NCBI GenBank assembly: GCA_040902295.1
Contig: JBBDXO010000308.1
Coordinates: forward strand, 1 to 56,771
Reading direction: 5' to 3'
Source of the DNA: Candidatus Rokuibacteriota bacterium
GTDB taxonomy: Bacteria; Methylomirabilota; Methylomirabilia; Rokubacteriales; CSP1-6
DNA: 56,771 bases
Within the stretch, counting starts at the first letter, position 1; every line of letters begins with the position of its first letter. The notes below the pieces were generated by a model. That model saw nothing but the letters and a program-made list of their open reading frames with translations. It did no database searches and was not told the DNA's origin. Both the position numbers and the translations under genes were made by a program. Of the stretch, positions 49,871-56,771 are shown piece by piece.

Positions 49871-51660
49871 CAGCTCTTGAGCACCGAGAGAAACGCCTCC
49901 TGGGGAACCTCCACCCGGCCCACCTGCTTCATCCGCTTCTTGCCCTCTTTCTGGCGCTCGAGGAGCTTGCGCTTGCGTGAGATGTCGCCGCCGTAGCACT
50001 TGGCGGTGACGTTCTTGCCCATCGCCTTCACCGTCTCCCGCGCGATGACGCGGCTGCCGATGGCGGCCTGGATGGCGACCTCGAAGAGCTGGCGCGGGAT
50101 GACCTTGCGCAGCTTCTCCACGAGCAGCTTGCCGCGCTCGTACGACTTGTCGCGGTGGACGATGATCGACAGCGCGTCCACGGGCTCGCCGTTGAGGAGG
50201 ATGTCGAGCTTCACGAGGTCCGAGGGGCGGAAGTCCGCCAGCTCGTAATCGAAGGAGGCGTAGCCCTTGGAGATGGACTTCAGCCTGTCGTAGAAGTCGA
50301 TCACGATCTCCGCGAGCGGGAAATCGAAGCGGATGTGCACGCGCTTGCCGATGTACTCCAGCGACTTGTGCACGCCGCGCTTTTCCTGCGCGAGGTTGTA
50401 GATGGCCGTCATGTACTCCGTGGGCACGTACACGGAGGAGGTGACGAAGGGCTCGTCCATCTGCTCGATGCGGTCCGGGGAGGGCAGCTTGGCCGGGTTG
50501 TCCACTTCCAGCACCTCGCCCGCCGTCGTCAGCACCTTGTACTGCACGGAGGGGGCGGTCACGATGAGCGAGAGGTCGAACTCGCGCTCCAGCCGCTCCT
50601 GCACGATCTCCATGTGCAGCATGCCGAGGAACCCGCAGCGGAAGCCGTAGCCGAGCGCCAGCGACGTCTCCGGCTCGAAGCTGAAGGCGGGATCGTTGAG
50701 GCGCAGCTTTTCCAGCGCGTCGCGCAGCGACTCGTACTCGGTGTCCTCGATGGGGAAGAGGCCCGAGAAGACCATCGGCTTGGCGTCGCGGTAGCCGGGG
50801 AACGCCTCCGCGGTGGGCCGCAGCGCCTCCGTGATGGTGTCGCCCACCTTGGCGTCCGCCACGCGCTTGATGGCGGCGGTGACGTAGCCGACCTGGCCCG
50901 CCGACAGCTCCTCCACCGGCCGCATGTCGGGGCTGAACACGCCTACCTGGGCCACGTCGTACTTCTGGCCGTTCGACATGAGGAGGATCTTCGTGCCCAC
51001 GCGGACCCGCCCGTCCGTGATGCGCACGTAGATGACCACGCCCTGGTAGGAGTCGTAGTAGGAGTCGAAGACGAGCGCCTTCAGCGGCGCCTCCTCGTCG
51101 CCCACCGGAGGCGGGATGCGCGCCACGATCGCCTCCAGCACCTCGGGCACGCCGGTGCCGTGCTTGGCGGAGATGGCGATGGCCTCGTCGCCGTCGAGAT
51201 CGAGCTGCTCGGTGATCTGCGTGCGCGTGCCCTCCACGTCGGCGGCGGGGAGGTCGATCTTGTTCAGCACGGGCACGATGGTGAGACCGGCGTCGGCGGC
51301 GAGGTAGAAGTTCGCCAGCGTCTGCGCCTCGATGCCCTGCGCGGCGTCCACGATGAGCACGGCGCCCTCGCAGGCGGCGAGCGCGCGCGACACCTCGTAG
51401 GAAAAGTCGACGTGCCCGGGGGTGTCGATGAGGTTCAGCGTGTACTCGTGACCGTCGTTCGCCTTGTACAGGAGGCGGACGGTGTGCGCCTTGATGGTGA
51501 TGCCGCGCTCGCGCTCGAGGTCCATGGAGTCGAGGACCTGGTCCACCGCCTTCTTCGCATCCATCGTGCCCGTGAGGGACAGGAGGCGGTCCGCCAGCGT
51601 CGATTTGCCGTGGTCGATGTGGGCGACGATCGAAAAGTTACGGATGCGGGACAGACTCAT
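49870..51660 (-). CDS. lepA: translation elongation factor 4
   Basis: [36 protein letters not shown], and the LepA-specific C-terminal domain. 596 aa. Confidence 0.97.
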   Translation of the reverse strand: MSLSRIRNFSIVAHIDHGKSTLADRLLSLTGTMDAKKAVDQVLDSMDLERERGITIKAHTVRLLYKANDGHEYTLNLIDTPGHVDFSYEVSRALAACEGAVLIVDAAQGIEAQTLANFYLAADAGLTIVPVLNKIDLPAADVEGTRTQITEQLDLDGDEAIAISAKHGTGVPEVLEAIVARIPPPVGDEEAPLKALVFDSYYDSYQGVVIYVRITDGRVRVGTKILLMSNGQKYDVAQVGVFSPDMRPVEELSAGQVGYVTAAIKRVADAKVGDTITEALRPTAEAFPGYRDAKPMVFSGLFPIEDTEYESLRDALEKLRLNDPAFSFEPETSLALGYGFRCGFLGMLHMEIVQERLEREFDLSLIVTAPSVQYKVLTTAGEVLEVDNPAKLPSPDRIEQMDEPFVTSSVYVPTEYMTAIYNLAQEKRGVHKSLEYIGKRVHIRFDFPLAEIVIDFYDRLKSISKGYASFDYELADFRPSDLVKLDILLNGEPVDALSIIVHRDKSYERGKLLVEKLRKVIPRQLFEVAIQAAIGSRVIARETVKAMGKNVTAKCYGGDISRKRKLLERQKEGKKRMKQVGRVEVPQEAFLSVLKS

Positions 51661-51701
51661 CAGCCCAGTCTAACACGCTGCGTCGTCGGGCCTTTCGGCC
51701 G

Positions 51702-52805
51702 TCAGCGCGGCGCGGCGGTGAGACGGGTGCGATCGGGAATGACGGCGCCCGATTCGAGGATGACGTCCCGGCCGATGTCGGCGTGGGCGCCGATCGTCAC
51801 GTCGGCGCCCACCACGCACTCGCGCAGCACGGCGCCCGCGCCCACCTCGACGCGCTCCCACAGCACGGCGCCCTCGATGCGCGCGCCCTCGCCGATGCGG
51901 CTGCGCTCACCCACCACGCTGAGCGGGCCCACGCGCGCGCCCGCCATCACGTGCACGCCGGCGCCGACGACGGCCGGCGCCAGGATGTGAGCGCCGGCGT
52001 CGATGGTGGCGGAGGCATCGACCCAGCCGCCGTCGCGCGCCTCGCCGGGCGGCGGGAGCGGCATGCGCGCGCGGCCGAGGAGCAGGTCCGCCTGCGCCTC
52101 GCGGTACGCCTTCGGGCTGCCGATGTCGCGCCAGTACGCGTCCGCCCGCCAGCCGTAGGCGGGGATGCCGTCGGCGATGAGGCTGGGAAAGAACTCGCGC
52201 TCGATGGAGACGACCTCGCCGCGCGGCATGCGGCTGAGCAGGGCGGCGTCGATCAGATAGACGCCCGCGTTGATGGTGTCGGTGGTGATGACCTCGTCGG
52301 GTCCCGGCTTCTCCCGGAACCGCAGCAGCCGGTCGTCGGGCGCGGTCTCCACGAGTCCGTACGCGCGCGGATCGGCCACCCGCGTGAGGTAGATGGTCGT
52401 GCGCGAGCCGCGCGCCTCGTGGAAGTCACGCATGGCGGAGAGGTCGACGTCGCTGAGCACGTCGCCGTTGAGGACGAATACCGTCCCCGCCGTGAGGTCG
52501 GCCGCGTTGCGGATGCCGCCCCCCGTGCCCAGCGGCTCCGCCTCGATGACGTAGCGCAGCCGCACGCCGAGATGCTCGGCCTCGCCGAGAGCCGCCCGCA
52601 CGTCGTCCACCCGGTACGAGCAGGCGAGGATGACGTCGGTGACGCCGTGCTCGCGCAGCAGCGCGAGCTGGTAGGCAAGGAAGGGCCGGTTGAGCAGCGG
52701 CACTACCGGCTTCGCGCGCGCGAGCGTGAGCGGGCGCAGGCGGGTGCCCTGGCCGCCGGCGAGGATGACGGCCTGGGTGGCGCGCGCTACGTGCCGGGGG
52801 CCCAG
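51702..52805 (-). CDS. NDP-sugar pyrophosphorylase (mannose-1-phosphate guanylyltransferase-like) with C-terminal left-handed beta-helix
   Basis: The track ORF starts at GTG 52703, but the essential N-terminal loop AVILAGGQGTRLRPLT is encoded in-frame upstream (52772-52725). There is no ATG/GTG/TTG between it and the in-frame stop at 52844-52842. The only near-cognate candidate is CTG 52805, so the 5' end is unresolved. The C-terminal part has hexapeptide repeats. Confidence 0.75.
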   Translation of the reverse strand: MGPRHVARATQAVILAGGQGTRLRPLTLARAKPVVPLLNRPFLAYQLALLREHGVTDVILACSYRVDDVRAALGEAEHLGVRLRYVIEAEPLGTGGGIRNAADLTAGTVFVLNGDVLSDVDLSAMRDFHEARGSRTTIYLTRVADPRAYGLVETAPDDRLLRFREKPGPDEVITTDTINAGVYLIDAALLSRMPRGEVVSIEREFFPSLIADGIPAYGWRADAYWRDIGSPKAYREAQADLLLGRARMPLPPPGEARDGGWVDASATIDAGAHILAPAVVGAGVHVMAGARVGPLSVVGERSRIGEGARIEGAVLWERVEVGAGAVLRECVVGADVTIGAHADIGRDVILESGAVIPDRTRLTAAPR

Positions 52806-52957
52806 GGCTGCGCCTCGTTGATCAGCATCACGGGTATGCCGTCACGGATCGGATAGGCCTTGCGGCAGGCCGCGCAGATGATGCGCGTCTCCTCGAACGT
52901 CAGCTCGCCCTTGCACGCCGGGCACACCAGGATCGCCTTCAGCTCGTCATCGAGCAT
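52787..52957 (-). CDS. Trm112-family small zinc-ribbon protein (UPF0434)
   Basis: LVCPACKGEL....CAAC..AYPIRDGIPVML. ATG 52957 is preceded by GGAGG (52968-52964). 56 aa. Confidence 0.7.
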   Translation of the reverse strand: MLDDELKAILVCPACKGELTFEETRIICAACRKAYPIRDGIPVMLINEAQPWAPGT

Positions 52958-52981
52958 GCTCCACCTCCTCTCCACGGGATC

Positions 52982-53917
52982 TCACCCGTGAATCTTGTCA
53001 CGAAACCACTTCAGCGTGTGGCGAAGCCCCTCGTCGACATCCACGCGCGGCTCCCATCCCAGCACCGCCCGCGCGCGCCCGATGTCGGGCTGGCGCACCT
53101 TGGGATCGTCCTCGGGCAGCGGGCGGAAGACGATGGGGCTGCGCGAGCCGGCGAGCGCGATCACGCGCTCGGCGAGCGCGAGCAGCGTCATCTCCTGCGG
53201 GTTGCCGATGTTCACGGGATCGTTCGTGGCGCTGCCCATGAGGCGCCACACCCCGTCGATGAGGTCGGTGATGTACTGGAACGACCGCGTCTGCGAGCCG
53301 TCGCCGAACACGGTGAGCGGCATGTCCGTGAGCGCCTGGCTCATGAAGGCGGGGATGGCGCGGCCGTCGTTGATCCTCATGCGCGGGCCGTGCGTGTTGA
53401 AGATGCGCACGATGCGTGTGTCCACGCCATGCACGCGATGGTAGGCCATCGTGATGGCCTCCGCGAAGCGCTTGGCCTCGTCATACACGCCGCGCGGGCC
53501 CACGGGATTGACGTTGCCCCAGTAGTCCTCGCGCTGCGGGTGCACGAGGGGATCGCCGTACACCTCGGAGGTGGACGCGAGCAGGAAGCGGGCGCCCGTG
53601 GCCTTGGCGAGCCCGAGCGCGTTGTGCGTGCCGAGCGCGCCCACCTTCAGCGTCTGGATGGGCATCTCCAGGTAGTCGAGGGGGGAGGCGGGGCTCGCGA
53701 AGTGCAGCACCCAGTCGAGGGGGCCCGGCAGGTCGATGTACTCGGTGACGTCGTGGCGGACGAGCGTGAAGCGCGGGTCGCCGGTCATGGCGGCGACGTT
53801 GTCGGCGGAGCCGGTGCAGAAGTTGTCCATCGCCACCACCGCGCACCCGTGCCCGAGGAGGAACTCGCACAGGTGCGATCCGATGAACCCCGCGCCGCCG
53901 GTCACGAGCACTCGCAT
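52982..53917 (-). CDS. UDP-glucuronate decarboxylase (UDP-xylose synthase-like SDR)
   Basis: [31 protein letters not shown] catalytic motif, [10 protein letters not shown]. It lies next to ugd. Confidence 0.88.
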   Translation of the reverse strand: MRVLVTGGAGFIGSHLCEFLLGHGCAVVAMDNFCTGSADNVAAMTGDPRFTLVRHDVTEYIDLPGPLDWVLHFASPASPLDYLEMPIQTLKVGALGTHNALGLAKATGARFLLASTSEVYGDPLVHPQREDYWGNVNPVGPRGVYDEAKRFAEAITMAYHRVHGVDTRIVRIFNTHGPRMRINDGRAIPAFMSQALTDMPLTVFGDGSQTRSFQYITDLIDGVWRLMGSATNDPVNIGNPQEMTLLALAERVIALAGSRSPIVFRPLPEDDPKVRQPDIGRARAVLGWEPRVDVDEGLRHTLKWFRDKIHG

Positions 53918-53938
53918 GGCGCTGGCCCCCGGGAGCGA

Positions 53939-55249
53939 CTAGGCGGGGAGGACCGGTTTCCGGCCCACGGAGTGGTACTCGAAGCCCAGGCGGCGCATGC
54001 GCTCGGGCTCCCACAGGTTGCGGCCGTCGAAGACGAGCGCGCGGCGCATGACGGAGCAGAGCCGCTCGAGGTTGAGGAACTTGAACTCGTTCCACTCCGT
54101 GAGCAGGGCCACCCCGTCGGCGCCGGTGGCGGCGTCGTAGGGCGAGTCACAGTAGACGACGGAGGCGGGCAGCATGCGCCGGGCATTCTCCGTGGCCACC
54201 GGATCGTAGGCGCGCACGGTGGCGCCCATCTGCGTGAGACGTGAGATGACCTCCACCGACTTCGCCTCCCGCATGTCGTCCGTGTTGGGCTTGAAGGCGA
54301 GCCCGAGCATGCCAATCACGCGGCCATCCATGGGGTTGAGCGTCTTTTCTATCATCTGCACGAAGTGGCCCGCGCGCTCGCGATTGATCTCCACCACGGC
54401 TTTGAGGAGGCCGAAGTCGTAGCCGAGCGTGGCCGCCGTGTGCACGAGGGAATCCGTGTCCTTCGGAAAGCAGCTGCCCCCGTAGCCGAGGCCGGCGGAC
54501 AGGAAGGCGGGCCCGATGCGCGCGTCGAGGCCCATCGCCTTCATCACCTGCGTCACGTCCGCGCCCGCCAGCTCGCAGATGTTGGCGATGGCATTGGTGA
54601 ACGAAATCTTGGTGGAGAGGAAGGCGTTGGACGCGTACTTGATCATCTCGGCCGACGGCACGTCGGTGATGATCATCGGGCGCTCCAGCGGCGCGTACAG
54701 CTCCAGCAGCGACATGGCGACCTGCTGCGTGGGGGCGCCGATCACGATGCGATCGGGACGCAGCGTGTCCTCGATGGCCGAGCCCTCCCGCAGGAACTCG
54801 GGATTGGACACCACGTCGAAGGGCACGGGCTGGCGCTGGTGCCCCTCGATGACCTCACGGACGAAGTCCCCCGTCCCCACCGGCACCGTCGACTTGTTCA
54901 CGACCACCGTGTAGCGGTCCATCGACTGGCCGATCGCGCGCGCCACCTCGCGCACGGCCGTGAGATCGGTCTGGCCGTCGTCCTTGGGCGGCGTGCCCAC
55001 CGTGATGAAGACGATGACGGAGCGCCGGACGGCGCCGGAAAGGTCGGTGGTGAAGGCGAGCCGGCGGTCGGCGACATTGCGCGCCACCATCTCCTCGAGC
55101 CCGGGCTCGTAGATCGGCATCCGCCCCGCCTTCAGATCCTCGATCTTCGAGGCCTGGTTGTCGACGCAGATCACCTCGTTACCGAGGTCGGCGAAGACGG
55201 CGCCGGTGACGAGCCCCACGTAGCCGGTGCCGACGACACAGATGTTCAT
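53939..55249 (-). CDS. ugd: UDP-glucose 6-dehydrogenase
   Basis: MNICVVGTGYVGLVTGAVFADLG, GGSCFPKD catalytic Cys motif. 436 aa. Confidence 0.93.
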   Translation of the reverse strand: MNICVVGTGYVGLVTGAVFADLGNEVICVDNQASKIEDLKAGRMPIYEPGLEEMVARNVADRRLAFTTDLSGAVRRSVIVFITVGTPPKDDGQTDLTAVREVARAIGQSMDRYTVVVNKSTVPVGTGDFVREVIEGHQRQPVPFDVVSNPEFLREGSAIEDTLRPDRIVIGAPTQQVAMSLLELYAPLERPMIITDVPSAEMIKYASNAFLSTKISFTNAIANICELAGADVTQVMKAMGLDARIGPAFLSAGLGYGGSCFPKDTDSLVHTAATLGYDFGLLKAVVEINRERAGHFVQMIEKTLNPMDGRVIGMLGLAFKPNTDDMREAKSVEVISRLTQMGATVRAYDPVATENARRMLPASVVYCDSPYDAATGADGVALLTEWNEFKFLNLERLCSVMRRALVFDGRNLWEPERMRRLGFEYHSVGRKPVLPA

Positions 55250-55261
55250 GGAACCGCGGTC

Positions 55262-55292
55262 ATCATATCAGGCAAGCCACATCAGGCAAGCC
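55262..55292 (-). promoter_or_regulatory. direct repeat GGCTTGCCTGAT x2 containing a sigma-70-like promoter (TTGCCT-16-TATGAT) upstream of ugd
   Basis: On the plus strand, atcaggcaagcc occurs at 55267-55278 and 55281-55292 (14-nt period). On the minus strand: TTGCCT 55289-55284, 16-nt spacer, TATGAT 55267-55262, then 12 nt to ATG 55249 with no SD. Confidence 0.35.
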
Positions 55293-55353
55293 CGCCGGAT
55301 CGGGGCAAGAGAGTGGGAGGCGTTGGAGGATTTACGCCGGGGCGCCGGCCGTC

Positions 55354-55575
55354 CTAGGCTGCGTAGGGGCCGTCGTCGTCGCCGTCGTCGTCGCCCACGA
55401 GGACGTCCAGCTGGGTGCGGGCGTGGCGCACGGCATCACCGAGCGAGTCGAAGCGCTGTCCGGAGATCGCGATGGTGTTGCTCTCATCCCGGGCCTTCCA
55501 CATCCACTCGCGGCGGTTGCGACCGACCGGCTTGAACTGGACCTTGACCGGGGCGACCTGTCCCAGGTTCTGCAT
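55354..55575 (-). CDS. small DUF1508 (YegP-like) protein with acidic tail
   Basis: ATG 55575 is preceded by GAAGGAGAG. WMWKARDESNTIAISGQRFDSLGDAVRHARTQL resembles a single YegP repeat (recall only). The tail is GDDDGDDDG. It is the terminal 73 codons of track ORF 55354-56646. Confidence 0.5.
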   Translation of the reverse strand: MQNLGQVAPVKVQFKPVGRNRREWMWKARDESNTIAISGQRFDSLGDAVRHARTQLDVLVGDDDGDDDGPYAA

Positions 55576-55626
55576 GTTGCTCTCTCCTTCATCGCTGCCT
55601 GACCTTCGGCCGGCGGCGCCCTTCAC

Positions 55627-55642
55627 TGCAATGGCAGTGCCA
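55627..55642 (-). promoter_or_regulatory. sigma-54 type -24/-12 promoter, TGGCAC-tgcca-TTGCA (exact consensus)
   Basis: On the minus strand at 55642-55627, about 52 nt upstream of ATG 55575. It is embedded in the inverted repeat GGCAGTG-agtg-GCACTGCC. Confidence 0.5.
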
Positions 55643-55688
55643 CTCACTGCCATGTGAGGGCCCCGGGCGATCTGGACGCGGCGGCCGC

Positions 55689-56498
55689 TCAGGCGTCGGC
55701 GTCCGCCTCGGCGGCAACCCAGCGGAAGAACACGAGAGAGAAGACGAGGACCGGAATGATGGCGGCGGGCACCCACATGATCACGCCGCCGAGCCGCTGG
55801 TCCGTCAGCGGCGTGATGTCGAAGATGCGCGGGGCGGCAGCGTAAAAGGGATAGAGCACCTGGTCGGCGCCGGTGACGAAGGCGGCCACCACCGTCATGG
55901 GCATGCCGAAGACGAAGAGATAGAGGAGCTGGGCGCCATAGGGCAACGCGGGCGCCCGCGTGGAGGGCGACAGGATCGGCCACCAACCCAGCACGGCGGT
56001 GGCGATGAGCACCACGTGCTCGACGACGTGCCACGCGTGCGTTTCGAGCGCGGCGTTGTAGGGGCCGGGCAGATGCCAGGCGATCAGGGCCACCGCATAG
56101 CAGACGAACGCGGGCAGCGGGCGCGTGAGCGTGCGGACGAGCGCGTCCAGCGGCTGGTAGCGCGTGATGGCGCCGAGGACCGCGTCCGCCATCCATGCCG
56201 GCGTGCCCGCCAGGAGCAGCGGCGGCACCACGAGGGTGAGCACGAGGTGCTGCACCATGTGCGCGGAGAACAGGTAGTAGTCGCTCAGGTCGTGCAGGGG
56301 GCCGTTGAGGGCCGCCACGAGGGCGAGCAGGCCGGCCATGAACATGAGGGGCCGCGACGGGCCCCCCAAGCCCCCCGGGCGCGCCGCTCCGGCTGTCAGC
56401 CACGCGCCCAGATACGCGCCGGCCAGCAGTCCGGCGCCCACGATGACGTCGAGATGAACGGCGCCGCTGGTCCACGAGAAGGGAGGCGGTGCGGCCAT
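55689..56498 (-). CDS. ctaG: cytochrome c oxidase assembly factor CtaG (caa3-type, polytopic membrane protein)
   Basis: HMVQHLVLTLVVPPLLLAG, WHLPGPYNAALETHAWHVVEH and GGVIMWVP motifs are characteristic of Bacillus-type CtaG. 269 aa. Confidence 0.75.
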   Translation of the reverse strand: MAAPPPFSWTSGAVHLDVIVGAGLLAGAYLGAWLTAGAARPGGLGGPSRPLMFMAGLLALVAALNGPLHDLSDYYLFSAHMVQHLVLTLVVPPLLLAGTPAWMADAVLGAITRYQPLDALVRTLTRPLPAFVCYAVALIAWHLPGPYNAALETHAWHVVEHVVLIATAVLGWWPILSPSTRAPALPYGAQLLYLFVFGMPMTVVAAFVTGADQVLYPFYAAAPRIFDITPLTDQRLGGVIMWVPAAIIPVLVFSLVFFRWVAAEADADA

Positions 56499-56500
56499 CG

Positions 56501-56771
56501 CTACCGCTTGAAGAGGAGGAAGGCCCCGGTGAGCGTGGCGAGGGCGACGGCGAGGCCGATGGCGAGGATGAGCGGCCCCACGAAGAGCGCGGTGAGCGCC
56601 CGCGAGTCGTAGCGCAAATGCATGAAGAAGAGCACGACCAGGGCAAACTTGCCCGCCGACATCACGATGAGCAGCGGCACGAGGATGGGGGTGAGGGCGC
56701 GGATGTAGATCACCGCGAACTCGAGCGCGGTGACGACGGTGAGGATGGCCGCCACCTTGACGTAGGTGCCG
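56501..56771 (-). CDS. cytochrome c oxidase subunit IV family protein, 5' end beyond window
   Basis: Two-TM small protein. The frame remains open to the window edge (…GTYVKVAAILTVVTALEFAV…FFMHLRYD). It sits immediately upstream of ctaG. Confidence 0.6.
   Translation of the reverse strand, partial: GTYVKVAAILTVVTALEFAVIYIRALTPILVPLLIVMSAGKFALVVLFFMHLRYDSRALTALFVGPLILAIGLAVALATLTGAFLLFKR

Noticed and set aside
51681-51700. GGCC-tttc-GGCC hairpin between the nucleotidyltransferase gene and lepA.
   Set aside because: The stem is only 4 bp, which is insufficient for a terminator call.

Overview
GC-rich chromosomal segment (hand-counted 60-nt samples give about 72% G+C in typical genes) from a diderm bacterium, since lpxC is present. 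Coding is dense and many neighbouring genes overlap by 1-4 nt at start/stop. I see no rRNA, tRNA, CRISPR array, transposase or integrase. Left to right: a NitT/TauT-type ABC importer (1-2612); an orphan receiver (2766-3173); pyrE (minus strand); a ~13 kb, 12-gene plus-strand operon (about 3935-17130); a frameshifted GAF-GAF-PAS hybrid kinase; a complete pyrR-pyrB-pyrC-carA-orf88-carB-pyrF operon (minus strand) with a PyrR-type leader hairpin; a PAS hybrid kinase; a HExxH membrane protein; two divergent family-III CoA transferases; a second orphan receiver; a DUF1116/FdrA pair; DUF4390-ntrY-ntrX; lpxC; archease-rsmE-prmA-dnaJ-grpE-hrcA; a low-GC secreted-protein gene; hemW-lepB-lepA; a nucleotide-sugar block (NDP-sugar pyrophosphorylase, Trm112-like, UDP-glucuronate decarboxylase, ugd); a small DUF1508-like gene; and ctaG plus cytochrome oxidase subunit IV. 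The stand-out is the 12-gene operon. It joins a chemosensory phosphorelay (CheY-like, CheW, a Tat-exported periplasmic binding protein, MCP, and a two-Hpt CheA-REC hybrid; no cheB or cheR in this window) directly to a Ras-like polarity GTPase module (MglA, MglB). The linking genes are a REC-DUF4388/PATAN protein, a REC-Roadblock fusion, a membrane-anchored Pro/Ala-rich protein with Roadblock-like C-terminal halves, a TPR-Roadblock protein and a stand-alone Roadblock protein. Secondary themes are a set of sigma-54 (-24/-12) promoter matches in front of genes (one tandemly duplicated, three abutting start codons), several apparently leaderless genes, and two genes whose conserved N-termini lie upstream of any ATG/GTG/TTG. 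All family assignments come from reading the translated ORFs and recalling motifs; no database search was run.
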